From: Octopus sinensis
Lineage: Eukaryota
Assembly (NCBI RefSeq): GCF_006345805.1
Contig: NW_021835233.1
Span: forward strand, 194,514-258,513
Reading direction: 5' to 3'
DNA length: 64,000 bases
How positions within the stretch are numbered: position 1 is the stretch's first letter; every line of letters begins with the position of its first letter. Shown here in pieces: positions 38,314 through 52,131 of the stretch. The position numbers and the translations under genes are program-made. The notes beneath the pieces were generated by a model, which was not told the DNA's origin, ran no database searches, and worked only from the letters and a program-made list of their open reading frames with translations.

Positions 38314-39492
38314 CAGGAGTGGCTGTGTGGTAAGTAGCTTGCTTACCAACCACATAGCTCTGAGTTCATTCCCACTGTGTGGCACCTTGGGCAAGTATCT
38401 TGTACTATAGCCACAGGCCAACCAAAGTCTTGTGAGTGTATTTGGTAGATGGAAACTGAAAGAAGCTCGTTGTATATATGTATATATATGTGTGTCTGTA
38501 TCCCCCCCCCCCCAACATCGCTTGATGACCAATGCTGGTGTGTTTACGTCCCCTAACTTAGCGGTTCTGCAATAGAGACTGATAGAATGAATACTAGGCT
38601 TACAAAGAATAAGTCCTGAGATCAATTTGTTCGACTAAATGACTGAAACAAATAAAAGAGTAAAGAGTATATATACATGTATATATATATTTCTTTACTA
38701 CCCACAAGGGGCTAGACACAGAGAGGTCAAACAAGGACAGACAAACGGATTAAGTCGAATACATCAACCCCAGTGCGTAACTGGTACTTAATTTATCGAC
38801 CCCCAAAGGATGAAAGGCAAAGTCGACCTCGGCGGAATTTGAACTCAGTACGTAGCGACGGGCGAAATACCTCTAAGCATTTTGTCCAGTGTGCTAACGT
38901 TTCTGCCAGCTCGCCGCCTTATTATATACATGTATATATATATATATATACACACACACATGTATATACATGTATATATATATACACACACACATGCAAA
39001 TGCATACATACACTTGTGTGTGTGTGTGGGTGTGTATACAGAGAGAGAAAGAGAGATGGAGTAAGAGAATATAGACAAATAAATATGTACATTTGTATAC
39101 ACATGCATATACATATCTGCACACATATATACACACACAAATACACAAATATATATATAGGCCAACAGATAAAAAGATATTTTCCTACATCTAGATATAT
39201 ACATCTACTTGTTTATTTTTACTTATGTATGTATGTATATTTACTTATGTATGTATCTGCATATATATATATGTTTGTGTTTATTTATGTATGTATGTAT
39301 GTATGTACATATATGAATATATGTATAAAAGTATATGTATATATGTGTGTGTATATATTTATATATATATATATATATACACATACAGATACGCAGACAG
39401 ACACAGACATACATACATACATACATACATACAGATATTTATATGTGTATGCTTGTTTCATTTATTAAAATCTCACTCCATAAATAAAATAT

Positions 39493-39549
<57 letters not shown>

Positions 39550-40079
39550 TACATATCCATTTATGACAACTTAATGGAAATTTTAAGATGTCTTTTGTTC
39601 AAAATATATTATTGAATACCTGTGAATATTTCTTGCGTGCATATTAAGAAAATTTTTAGAAGCATCTGAAAGTTTGGAATAAGGTACATTTCTATTAGCA
39701 TAACATTATTAGTAAATGTAATCTGAACATTTCTTTCCTTTTTTTCTTTTTTTTTTTCGATTTGATAATATATCAGTTAGTGGTCAATATTTAAAGAAAC
39801 TTCAAAAATTCTCTCTTTTTTTTTTTTGAAATTATTTAAATTTTATTTTTATTCGTTTATCATTCCTTTCCCTGTTTTTGGTATTGTTAAGCTGAAAAAG
39901 AAAGAGGCAAAAAAAAAAGGGAAAAAACTGAAATTGTTAAATTTGTTTTGTTAGTTTCTATTTTATTTTTTATTGTATGTATTTTGGAGTTTCTGCAAAG
40001 ATTACACCCACAGATGCATGTATTAGTTGTATCAACAGTATTAAGTTGTGTGTGTGTGTTCCAATCATCTATACATAAA

Positions 40080-40900
40080 TTTTCTTTTTCTCTCTTTTGC
40101 ACACAAACACACACACACACACAAACACATGCACTCATTCACACACACACACACATACATACTCGCATGCCCACATACAAGCACACACTCATACACACAC
40201 TCACACAGACACACACAACACATGCACACACAAATACTCATACATGCACCCACACACATACACACATTCACATTTGCATTCACACATACATACACATTCA
40301 CACACACATGCATATGCAAACCCACACACTTTGCACATGCACACACACACACACACACTGTCACACATGCATACAAATACACACACACTGTCACACACAT
40401 GCATACAAATCCACACAGTCACACACATGCATACAAATATACATACACTATCACACACACACATACAAATACACAGTCACGCACACACACACACACACTG
40501 TCACACATGCATACAAATACACACACACTGTCACACACATGCATACAAATCCACACAATCACACACATGCATACAAATATACATACACTATCACACACAC
40601 ACATACAAATACACAGTCACGCACACACACACACACACTGACACACACATGCATACAAATATACACACACATTCACACACACACACGCATACAAATACAC
40701 ACACGCTGTCACACACATGCATACATATGCACATACACTGTCACACAAACACATACAAATACACACACACTTTCACACACACACACGCATACAAATACAC
40801 ACACACACACACAATAACACACCCACACATATACAAATACACACACATACACACACACATTCTCAGATTGCACATGTACACATGCACATATTAAACCATG
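40080..40900. repeat. (CA)-derived compound minisatellite with 140-bp higher-order period
   Basis: The marker cacacactg recurs ending at 40360, 40500 and 40640. Confidence 0.85.
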
Positions 40901-42136
40901 TCGAAGCACACATATCGTTACCGATTCCATGATCTCTTCAGATCGCTGCCGTTAATTCCACGCTTTTCTTGTACTCCGCTCCATAAACCGACTCATAAAA
41001 CATTTCACTACACGCACTTTGTGAAGTTTTGTTTGCTATCTGTTTGCTATCTCAGACTGCGAAAGTAGCATGAGGAACTGTTTTTAAATGGGTATAATGC
41101 CGCTGGTGCCAGCAACGATGATAGTGATGGTGGTGAGGATTGTGACGATCGTGATGACAATTATGATGATGATGACGATGATCGTCTTGGTGTATACGTC
41201 TTCCTCATACTAAAATGTTACATACTGAAGAAATGTGTTTTATGATTCATGTATTTATTTAGTTATTTATTTATTTATTTTCATCTTTTTTTGGTATATT
41301 TTCATGTCATGTTGAAAAAGAAAAATTATAAAAAAAAAAAAAACAAAAACAAAAACAGAACAAAAATAAAATATCTGGAATGCATTTAAAATACCAAACG
41401 TTTATTTGGAATCTTTGATCTTTACTTTTAAATGAACTGTTTTCTTCAATGTCTGTTTTAGATCTCTCGTTTTTTGTCTTTCATCATCATCATCGTCATC
41501 ATCATCGCCATCATCATCATTGCTACTACTACTACTATTACAACTACTACAACACAGATTAAATGGAACTGTGCTGTTGCCGATTTTTTCCAAAGAGACA
41601 ACTGGTCTACTGACCCAAAGTTTATAATCTGAAGCAGTGTTGCTTGCATTCAACTTCTTCTTCTTGTTTTGATCGACCAATTCAATAATAATAATGTTGC
41701 GTTTCCATTTGATGGTTCTGTAACTGGAATCTGGGAGGGACTCCAATTGCAAAATCGTTTATTTATTTTCTGTTTATTCTTCTCGCTTCTAAGAAACGAT
41801 TGAAATATTTACGAAAAATAATGGTAAAAAATTTTGGAGATATACTTGCATAGCAAGTGACCTGATAAAAGAAAAAGGAAATGGTTTAAAATATTTAAAA
41901 ATATTTATGTACTTTATGTTTTTTTTTACTTGTTTCAATCATTTGACTGTGGCCATGCTGGAGCACTGCCTTATAGTCGAAGAAATCGACCCTGGGATTT
42001 ATTTGTTTGTAAGCCTTGTACTTATTGTATTGGTCTCTTTTGACAAACCGCTAAGTTACAGGGACGTAAACGTACCAACATCGGTTATCAAACAATGATG
42101 GTGGGGACAAACACAGACACAAAGATACACACACAT

Positions 42137-42171
<35 letters not shown>

Positions 42172-42241
42172 ACACTTTTGAATTGTGACTTCCCTAACCA
42201 GGATGTGAGTTCATAGTTACAATTCCAAACATCCAAATGTA

Positions 42242-42625
42242 CGAGGGTGAGTCAAAAAGTAATGCCATTTTGTTTAGGACAGGTATAATTATCAACACAG
42301 GAACATGTATCATACATCAAAATGAAGCTGGCCGTCTGTGGATCACATCCATACTTCTCAACATAGTCAGCATTTCTCTCAATGGCAATGTTCCACCTTC
42401 AAACTAGAGCATGTATTCCTGCCCTGTAAAATTCTGTTGACTGTTCTTTGAGCCACTTCTTCGCTACAGTTTTCACTTCCTCATCACTGGAATAATGTGA
42501 CTATGTTGAGAAGTAGGGATGTGATCCACAGGGGACCAGCTTCATTTTGATGTATGATACATGTTCCTGTGTTGGTAATTATACCTGTCCTAAACAAAAT
42601 GGCATTACATTTTGACTCACACTCG
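42242..42625. mobile_element. Mariner-derived element with inverted 3' ends
   Basis: TA|CGAGGGTGAGTCAAAAAG ... TTTGACTCACACTCG|TA. The minus strand encodes YSSDEEVKTVAKKWLKEQSTEFYRAGIHALV*RWNIAIERNADYVEK, a mariner transposase C-terminus. Confidence 0.82.
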
Positions 42626-42659
42626 TATATATATATATGATAGCCTGAAGGTGCTAAAT

Positions 42660-42901
42660 CTGGTGAGTGTAGAGGTAGTTAAGACGTGGCTCAAAGAACA
42701 GTCAATAGAATTTTACGGGGCAGGGATACATGCTCTCATTCGAAGGTGGAACATTGCTATTAAGAGAAATAGTGACCATGCTGAGAAGTAGGGATGTGAT
42801 CCACAGAGGACCAGCTTCATTTTGATGTCTGATACATGTTCCTGTGTTGGTAATTATACCTGTCCTAAACAAAATAGCATTACTTTTTGACTCACCTTCG
42901 T
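42660..42901 (+). mobile_element. Second mariner 3' fragment
   Basis: EVVKTWLKEQSIEFYGAGIHALIRRWNIAIKRNSDHAEK* followed by the same 3' end and TIR. Confidence 0.8.
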
Positions 42902-43320
42902 GCATTTGGATGTTTGGAATTGTAACTATGAACTCACATCCTGGCTAGGGAAGTCACAATTCTTGTCCGTGGACAAGATATCCTATGAACTGCTGGGTGG
43001 ATTCAAATGAAACTTCCAGGGATGTTTGGTCTCATGACTGGCATGAGCCAATTAGATTTTGGAATTGATCTGGTACCAGACAGTGATTCTGGATTATTTT
43101 TCTGCTTTTTTTTTACTTAATTTTTGAGAGCAGCCGGATTCATTTTTAGTATTCTCGTTTGTGAGAACAGTCGAGTTTATTTCAGATACTCTCATTTTAA
43201 AAATCCTCTCCAGCTAATCACTGAAAGGATGTTGGTGTTGCCTTGATAGAGGTTTACACTCTTTGAGTGCTCTTGTCATTATTAATTAATTAATTCATTC
43301 ATTTATTTATTTTTCTGCAG

Positions 43321-43418
43321 ATCATCCTGAAAAACAAAGAGAAATGCTGAACAAGTTTCACGACTACCAAAGAAAAGCTGAAATGTATTACATATACCAC
43401 AACATACATGAATATGTG
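43321..43418 (+). CDS. IFT122: IFT122 coding exon, phase 1-0, probable GC donor
   Basis: ttctgcag|AT CAT CCT...TAT GTG|gcaagt; (D)HPEKQREMLNKFHDYQRKAEMYYIYHNIHEYV. Resembles IFT122 [32 protein letters not shown]. An alternative in-frame GT donor would end the exon at 43415. Confidence 0.9.
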
Positions 43419-43424
43419 GCAAGT
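43419..43424 (+). promoter_or_regulatory. Probable non-canonical GC 5' splice site (GCAAGT)
   Basis: TG|GCAAGT has consensus +3..+6 AAGT and gives an ungapped alignment IHEYVEEPF vs IHRHTEDPF. Confidence 0.7.
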
Positions 43425-45327
43425 TTCTGAAATTTTTCTTTGCCTGGTGTTATCTTTGATCTGATAGCGAGAGACTCAAGTTAATTTAATATAGTTTCTA
43501 GAATGTTATAAAGTAATTCCTACAAATGTTATAAAGTAAGTCCTGCATTTGTGGAACTTCTCTACAATAATTGCAGTGGATCTCTGATGTGAATGTGATG
43601 TTAAAAATACTTACCGTTTCAAAGGAAAATAATGCAGAAGTTAAGCATTACTGAATTTCTTGTGTGTCAGAAATATCACTTTGGGATTTTTCTGGGAATA
43701 GAATTCTTCATGATTTCTAAGAACCCACAGAAAACAGTCGTTACCATCTCTAATGAGTCAAGCAAGTTATCCATCGTAATTTGCTTCCCAACCATGTGGC
43801 TTCAAGTTCAGTCCCACTGCATAGCACCTTACACTTGTGTCTTCTATTAAGGCTCCAGGCTGACCAAAGCCTTCTGAGTGGATTTGTTTGATGGACGTTG
43901 TAGAAGCCCATCATATTCCCCAATTTATCCATTGATTGATCCGTCCATCTGTATGGTTGTTTGTTTCTCTTATGTATGCTGGTTTGGTTTAACAGTGGCC
44001 TCCTGCTGGTGTCATTGGATTGTAGTCCACCATGAAAGGACATCCAGTCTTCCAACCATGTTGTGCAATCTATGTAAACAAAAACCTCCTTAAACAGCAT
44101 TGCCCTTTTCCAGTTCCCCACAAAAACATGTCTGGGCTGTTAGTTCTTCAATAGTCTGGGAGACTATTACGTCGCTTGAAAACTAGTAGGGGTTCGCATC
44201 AGGAATGATACTAGGCTATAGAAAATGTCTACCTCATTGTACTCTCATTTCAGCTGTGTAAGTATAGAGTGGCAGATGTTAAAATGATTTTAATGAGGTG
44301 CAGGTGTGCCTGTGCGGTAAGATGTTTACTTCCCAACCACATGGTCCTGGGTTCAGTCCCACTGTGTGACACCTTGGGCAAGTGTCTTGTCTTCTACTGT
44401 CGCCTCAGGCTGACCAAAGCCTTGCGAGTGAATTTGGGTAGAAACCCGTTGTATACATACCTGTACATATGTGTCTGTGTTTGTCCCCCGCTACTACTTC
44501 ACAACCAGGGTTGGTGTGTTTACATCCCTGTGACTTAGTGGTTCGGCAAAAGAACTAATAGAATAAGTGCCATGCTTATAAAAAGAAAATTAGTACCGGG
44601 GTTGATTCATTTAACTAAAATTTCTTCAAGAAAGATGAACTTAGTTTTGCTAATTAATTTTCTCATTTGAGCATTTAAAAAAAAAACACATATTAAATCA
44701 TCATTTAGATTTTTTAATTATCACTTTTAGTTGCTAATTGGTAGTCATTCTAGTTCAGTTACTCGAAATAAATTAATGTTTGCACTAATAATACTGTCGT
44801 TTTAAAAATTTTACGTGATGACTGTGTTAAGGTAAGATCTTATCTACCTGATTGTTCGTTGTGCTAGAAGTAGCTGTCAAATCACCCTCAAACCACATCT
44901 TGCTCTCTTAAAAAAGAAGTGGAAGGATGAGTTGGGGTTAAAAAATAATAGAAAAATTATGATCCCTTTTGGTTATAGTTCTGATCAGTCTAAGCTTATC
45001 CCTGGCTAAACAACAACAACAGTAACAACAACAACAACATCAACAACTGAGTATTTAATTAAAAAATATAATTATTTGTTTCTTACATAGATGTCCTGTC
45101 TTGTGAGCTGCTGTTTATAAAATTTCATGTCAATTTGTGTTTCAAACACCAAGCTTAATGATGACAAAACTACTTGTGGCTGTGTGGTAAGGGGCTTGCT
45201 TATGAACCACATGGTTCCGGGTTCAGTCCCACTGCGTGTCACCTTAGGCAAGTGTCTTCTACTATAGCCTCGGGCCGACCAAAGCCTTGTGAGTGGATTT
45301 GGTAGACAGAAACTGAAAGAAGCCTAT

Positions 45328-45374
<47 letters not shown>

Positions 45375-46325
45375 TTGTGTGTCTGTGTTTGTCCCCCTAA
45401 CATCACTTGACAACCAATGCTGGTATGTTTACATCCCCGTAACTTAGTGGTTCGGCAAAAGAGACCGATAAAATAAGTACTAGGCTTACAAAGAATAAGT
45501 CCTGGGATCGATTTGCTCGACTAAAGGCAGTACTCCAGCACGGCCAAAGTCACATGACTGAAGCAAGTAAAAGAGTAAAAGAGTAAAGAGTACAAAAATA
45601 TGGTAAGGAACGGGTTAAACTGACCATAACTGGCTTTGGAAGCAATAAAAAAAATTCCACCGAATAACAGAGGCTGTCACATTATTGTTTTCTTTTCGTT
45701 TCAACATTTTATCATTGTTATTTGAATATCACGACATATCTAACAGCCAAATAATATGAATGTTAAATAGTTAAAGATGAGAGCATTAGCGATATATCAA
45801 TATCATAGCTTCCAATAGCCAGGTTAAGAGATTTTTCACTTTAATAACTCAGTCACTCTGATCCTGAAATTATTGGAAACTATCCTAAATGGTGTTGCTG
45901 ACAGAGATAATAAATGCCAGCTATTATCAGATTAGAGCTGTAAGTACTGCTAAGCATGGCTGACACTTGAACTTTGATGATGTGGGAAGCTCATCAATTC
46001 TTAATTGTGCTGATGGGCAGGCTGAATTGTGAAAGATGTAGGCGATACTGACCAGGAAATTATGTCTGTGCTTTGGTTTTAGTTTCTGCTTGAACACAAT
46101 TGATTTTCTTTTACAGTGCTATTAAAACCTTTTAGTAACCGATATCCATTCCCTAAATATTTATGGTTTCCTTCAGAAATAAAAATTCTCTCTTGTTGTT
46201 GTTGTTGTTGATTAGCCCCCACCTCAGCCCTGACTGATCAAGCTATCAAAGCCAGTCCAGCCATGATCCTTTCATCTATTTAAAGGTATCAGGAATACAC
46301 TGCCTATTGTGTCCTTTCCTTACTT

Positions 46326-46378
46326 AACCCTTTCGATACCAACCCGGATGAAACCACCTCTGGCTCTGTAGTACAAAC
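46326..46378. mobile_element. Truncated end of the same piggyBac-type MITE
   Basis: ttaaccctttcgataccaacccggatgaaaccacctctggctctgtagtacaaa is the reverse complement of the MITE right end. Confidence 0.65.
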
Positions 46379-46748
46379 ATATATGTAAATCCTTAAATCC
46401 TTTAAAATGTTTTAGCCCGAAGGCCACGGCCATGCTGGGGCATGACATATTTATATACATAAACACACACACTTATATATAAATATATATATACAGAACA
46501 GGCTTCTTTCAGTTTCTGTCTACCAAATCCACTCACAAGGCTTTGATTGGCCTAATCAAGACACTTGCCCAAGGTGCCACACAGTGGGACTGAACCCGGA
46601 ACCATGTGGTCAGGAAGCAAGCTCCTAAAATATAATAAATAAATAAATTCACATTTCTTTCAATTATTTCTTTTTTGTTCCATTTTTTCTTTTTCTTTTT
46701 TTTCTTTGTGCAAGAATAATATCTCTTGTTTTTTTCTCTCTTTTCCAG

Positions 46749-46849
46749 GAAGAACCATTTACCTCTCATATGCCACTGACTATGTTTAATATGGCTTGTT
46801 ATTTATGGCATCTCCTCCAGAAGGAATCACCATTGGGAATATCAAAAGT
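46749..46849 (+). CDS. IFT122: IFT122 coding exon, phase 0-2, followed by U12-type donor
   Basis: ttttccag|GAA GAA CCA...AAA GT|gtatccttt; EEPFTSHMPLTMFNMACYLWHLLQKESPLGISK(V). Resembles IFT122 [34 protein letters not shown]. Confidence 0.94.
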
Positions 46850-46858
46850 GTATCCTTT
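46850..46858 (+). promoter_or_regulatory. U12-type (minor spliceosome) 5' splice site GTATCCTTT
   Basis: Exact match to the RTATCCTT consensus at the position required by exon phase. Confidence 0.9.
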
Positions 46859-47014
46859 TATTTGCGTTTTGTTGTTGATCACTTCATTTTGTTTTTATTT
46901 TATTGTATTTACCTGGCTTGTAATTTGCACATTTGATGATATTTAAATTTTTTTACTTCATCTGCCTCTGTTGTTTTTACCAGTGGATCTCTTTGTGTGT
47001 GTGTGTGTGTGTGA

Positions 47015-47063
<49 letters not shown>

Positions 47064-47634
47064 ATAGGTGTAGGTGTGGCTGTGTGGTAAGAAGTTTCTT
47101 TACCAGACACATGGTTCCAGGTTATGGTCCTTTGTGTGACAGCTTGGTCAAGTGCCTTTTGCTATAATCTTGAACTAACCAAAGCCTTGTGAATGGATGT
47201 GTTAGACGGAAAATGAAAGAAACCCATTATATATATATATATATATATTATATATATCATCATCATCATCATCATTTAGCATCCGCTTTCCATGCTAGCA
47301 TGGGTTGGACGGTTCAACTGGGGTCTGTGAAGCCAGAAGGCTGCATCAGGCCCAGTCTGATCTGGCAGTGTATATAAATAATATATAAATATATGCATAT
47401 ATGTATACATATATGTACATACCTACATCTGTATGTATATATACATGCATATATGTGTACAGGACATCAGAAAAACGTTGAACACAATGAGAAACGAAAA
47501 CATAAAAACAAAAACATGGAAACGTACTATTTTTCAAACAATGAAAAAACAGAGTACAAGACATACAACACAAAGAATATTCCCCTTCTCCAGTTGTCCC
47601 TGTTTCGTCTACTCCGCATTTCGAAGGTTATATA

Positions 47635-47723
<89 letters not shown>

Positions 47724-47774
47724 CTATATATATATATATATTATATATATATATATGTATATATGTATATATTG

Positions 47775-47807
<33 letters not shown>

Positions 47808-48352
47808 GTATATATATGTATATATATATATACCTGTTTGTGTCTGCCTTCCAATTGCTGTTTTTACTGAGATCTCCCTTTTTAGTAGAAGAAATAGCTA
47901 TAACCCTTTGACTGCTATTTCTAAATTCGGTATGTGGTAAGGCAATTCGTTGCTAAACCCTTTATTGCTTAGTATATATATATATATATATATATATATG
48001 TGAGAAGAAAATGGATATAATAACTATGGAAAACTCGTGGTTTTCGCTGGTATGTCTTTAATTAAATAGATAACAAAGGAGGAAGAAGATGAGATGAGGG
48101 TAGCATTTATGATCGTTTCAATTTACTGGTTTAAGTAAATCTCTTCAGAATGCAAATATAGACAGAATATAGATAGATGCGAAGATGATTGATACATATG
48201 TGAGGGTAATGTAAACATAGTGGTAATTCTTACATGAAAATTTTGTTCTTACACTGGTAAATTCACTGGGTAGGGGTTTGCTTGTGGTAGATTGGTTAGT
48301 TAGAATGATGGTGAACATAGTTTGCAGTATGGTTGCAGATTTGACCAAAGTA

Positions 48353-48570
48353 TGATGGGGTGCTTGAAAGTTCCTGATTTTAAGGGTATCACAAAAGACC
48401 CGACTGTAGGCCCAATCTACCCCCTTCTTTCACAGGCCTTGGAAAAACTGAAGGACTCCTGCAATTAGTGTGTGAATCTGAGAGGGGAATATGTTGAATA
48501 AAATCATAATTAACTGATCCTCCAATATTTTCTTTTGCCCCAAACCAGGAACTTTCCAGCATCTTCTTGA
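48353..48570 (+). mobile_element. Short degenerate mariner/Tc1-type element
   Basis: Degenerate TIR gtgcttgaaagttcctg / caggaactttccagcat. Encodes LEKLKDSCN*CVNLRGEYVE*, a mariner C-terminal motif. Confidence 0.6.
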
Positions 48571-49564
48571 ATAGCACATCTTCTTTAGGGATTCAGTTGG
48601 AATGTCCCCCACTGCCTTCCAAAAATCACTGCCCAGGCACACTCCCCTGTTATAAACCTGCAAGAACGGAGGACTGTTTAATGATGACTGCTAAAGTCTC
48701 CACTTTTTCCGTTGCTTCCTATGATTTCTTAATTGTCATGATCGAGAGATTATAATTACACAGTGAGTCTGGTCGCCTTTGCTCAAGGATATTATCGCAA
48801 GCAGTGTGCATTAATTCAATATTGATGGAGCTGGAACCCGAGGAAGTGAATAATTACCTTTATTAACACGAGTAAAAGTTGTCCTCTTGTTAATTTAGAG
48901 TTGGACGATTTTCAAAGTTAGCAATGATTGTAAGTTTAAAGATGTCTGTGTGTGTGTTTGTGTCTGTGTGTGTGTGTTTGCATCTGTGTGTGTGTTTGTG
49001 TGTGAGGGCTTCTCCTGACTATATTTGCTAAGTTAACAATTGACCGAGTTTAAAGATACTATTTACAGTTGCATCATTTACATTAACGACATGAGCATAA
49101 TGTTAATTATTTCCATTTATTTAATCGCTTACACTTCACGTCATATGTATGTATGTGTTCTTTTATTCTTTTACTTGCTTCAGTCATTTGGCTGTGGCCA
49201 GGCTGGAGCACAGCCTTTAGTCAAATCGACCCCAGGACTTATTCTTTGCAAGCCTGGCACTTATTCTATTGGTATCTTTTGCCAAAGTGCTAAGTTACAG
49301 CGATGTAAACACACTGGCATCAGTTGTCAAGCAAAGGTCAGGGGACAAACACAGACACACACACACATACACATACACACAGACAGATGATTGGCTTCTT
49401 TCAGTTTCCGTCTACCAAATCCACTCACAAGGCTTTGATTGGTCCGAGGTTATAGTAGAAAACACTTGCCCAAGGTGCCAAGCAGTGGGACTGAACCCAG
49501 AACCATGTGGTTGATAAGCAAGCTACTTACCACACAGCCACTCCTGCATCTATATATATATACA

Positions 49565-49681
49565 AATTAATAACGCGGGGTACTAGAGCTAGCACCAGCA
49601 TGCTAAAATAGCTGTCTTAAGTCATTTCTGACTTCTATTTTAGCATGCTAGTGCTATCTCTAGTTCCCTTCATTACTAATT
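49565..49681. repeat. Small imperfect fold-back, about 47-bp arms
   Basis: tactagagctagcaccagcatgctaaaatag vs ctattttagcatgctagtgctatctctagtt. Confidence 0.75.
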
Positions 49682-49747
49682 AATAATAATTTACCTTTAT
49701 AGTTTTCTTTCATGCTTGCTAAGCCACTGATATTGTAATCAATATCC

Positions 49748-49790
<43 letters not shown>

Positions 49791-50261
49791 CAAAGAGTAC
49801 AAAAACCACAGAAGACTTGTGTTATTAGGTTAAAGAATATATTTAAATTATTACGTTAGAAAATTGTTAGAAAATTTTGCGTATAGTAACATCGTTTTGG
49901 GAGAAATAACCAGTTTCTTATTTTCTTTTCAAATTTCTCGAATTCCTTTACTTATATTGTGTCTTGTCTTTGCTATGTTGTGAAATATGGAGTTCCAGGC
50001 AGGGGAAGGTAATCCAGGATTTTTTTCCAGTATAAGGGAGATAATCAAAAATGCTGGGAATGACTAGGTTTTATTAATTTAACATGATTTGGTTTAGAAG
50101 GAAGAGAATGTTACAAGTGGTTAGGTTTTGCTTTATATTTTTTTCAATGAGGCGAGTTTCCTTATTTTATCTAACTTCTGTTTTAACTCTTTTTTGTCTT
50201 TTATACATCCAACCATGTGCTTTCACATACCAATTCTCTCACCTATATATATATATATCTC

Positions 50262-50500
50262 TATCCACTCAGTTGAAGTCAACTCTCGGTCACTTGTTGG
50301 ATCAGTGTCCTCCAGTCAGTTCTATCCTGGGCCGCTTCGTTCAGATTGGCTATGTCCATTCCGGTATCCCTCTTGATGGTGTCAAGCCAGCGGGTTCTTG
50401 GTCGGCCTCTTCCTCCCTTGCCACTGACCATTCCGAACATGATGTCCTTCTCCAGGGATTTTCTCCACATAATATGACCGAAATATGCCAATCATTTAAT
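50262..50500 (-). mobile_element. RTE/BovB-like LINE 3' fragment
   Basis: ORF 50279-50491: YFGHIMWRKSLEKDIMFGMVSGKGGRGRPRTRWLDTIKRDTG...AAQDRTDWRTLIQQVTES, the characteristic RTE ORF2 C-terminus. Confidence 0.88.
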
Positions 50501-51792
50501 GCCCCCATTTCCATGTAGGTATGGTCTGGATGGATCACCAGACACAAACATACAAACATATACATATGTATATATTTGGATTTCAGTTTTTGTCTACCAA
50601 ATCCACTTACAAGCCTTTGGCCAGCCTGAGGCTGTAGTAGAAGTCACTTGCCCAAGGCGCCACGCAATGGGACTGAACCGGGAACCACGTGGTTGGTAAG
50701 CAAGCTTCTTACCACGCAGCCACACCTGTGCCACAGTACAGAGAACAACACTCGGTATTTACGCATCGCAGTAGTTTCATCGTTTGTGCAGTATGCAACT
50801 ATCTGCAGTGTGTTTACTGCAAAGATACTTTATACTAGAATTTGTTATCCTCAAGTGAACGAACAATGCTATTTTCTGTTTTGGTCCGACTAATAAGTCA
50901 CAGTACAAGAGCGTAAAAGCAAAACAGAAAATTCATATGAAGAAAATAATGCAATTTCTTCGTGGTGCTCTGGGAATTATTTCTCTGTTAATCTTGTGTA
51001 TGATATGAAAGTCTGTTGGTTTCATGTTCTCTTTTATACATGCACTGGCTTACTTTCATTCAAATCTTTTAGTCTGCGAGTAAATTATGACCACCTTAAA
51101 GTAATATATTTCAAATGAATTAATTAAAAAGTAAATAAAAAAAATATCTGCAAATATGTATGTATATATATATATATGTATATATATATAAAAAAATATA
51201 TATAATGAAAGAAAAAGTCCGAAACTGAAATGGAAATTCCAATTCTCAGAGGAAATTGGTCTTTTGAAGTATGGTTTCTTAGAATTACACCTAACGAAGA
51301 ACGGAAGAAAATGAAAGAAAGAACATAGAGATGCAAATACATTTATATACACATATATGTGTCTATATGTATGTACATATTTATGCATATTATATATATG
51401 TATATTATATATATATTATATATATATATATATATATGTTATATATATATATATATTATATATATATATATATATTATATATATTATATATATATTATAT
51501 ATGTATTATATATATTATATATATATATATTTATGTATGTATATATGTATTTGTATATATAATGTATATGTTATATATATGTGTGTGTGATCACTACCAC
51601 CATCACCACCACCACCACCACCACCACCACCACACACCACCACCACCACCACCAGTGTTTTTATGTCTTCTTTCTCTCTACTAGTGTGGATAGTCTCTAA
51701 GAACGTATAAAATCCTTGATCAACCCATAAAACATTAACTTACATTGGTAACGGAACCAATCTCACTTGCTCTCTATTTCTCCCTCCCTCTC

Positions 51793-51835
<43 letters not shown>

Positions 51836-52099
51836 GTCTCTCTTTTCTAGTTCTTCCAATCTGACCACAAAGTGTTCTTCATTCACAGATGAAAATGGTA
51901 TCAATAGAGTTACCAAACATTAATATTAGGAACAAATAATAATAATATTATCTTGATATGAGGTCACCATGTCATGCACATATGGTTGTGATGCATGTGC
52001 CTGTTGTACCCTTATCAGACGGGTAGTCATGATGGGTATACTGGGCTTCGTATATTTTACCCCAGTGCCACTTTGATGGCATGTACTGCTCTCTCACTC

Positions 52100-52131
<32 letters not shown>

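Noticed and set aside
37810-38625. 271-aa minus-strand ORF
   Set aside because: Antisense read-through of SINE family B copies and microsatellites; no protein motif.
39948-40894. Long ORFs (289, 197 and 265 aa) rich in His/Thr
   Set aside because: Translations of (CA)n-derived repeats, which lack stop codons by composition. The same applies to the many Ile/Tyr and Met/Asp ORFs from (TA)n and (GAT)n.
42965-43277. Possible Helentron-type interspersed element
   Set aside because: The 3' part resembles such elements from memory, but I could not identify termini or a second copy, so it is not called.
43416-43421. Canonical GT donor (GTGGCA) as the main donor of the 43321 exon
   Set aside because: Poor consensus and it deletes one aligned residue. 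Kept only as a possible minor alternative to the GC donor.
47460-47630. Hammerhead on the minus strand (GAAAC...CTGGAGA)
   Set aside because: The core is mutated and only 8 nt separate GAAAC from the CUGAnGA-like block, too few for stems III and I. There is no downstream GAAA.
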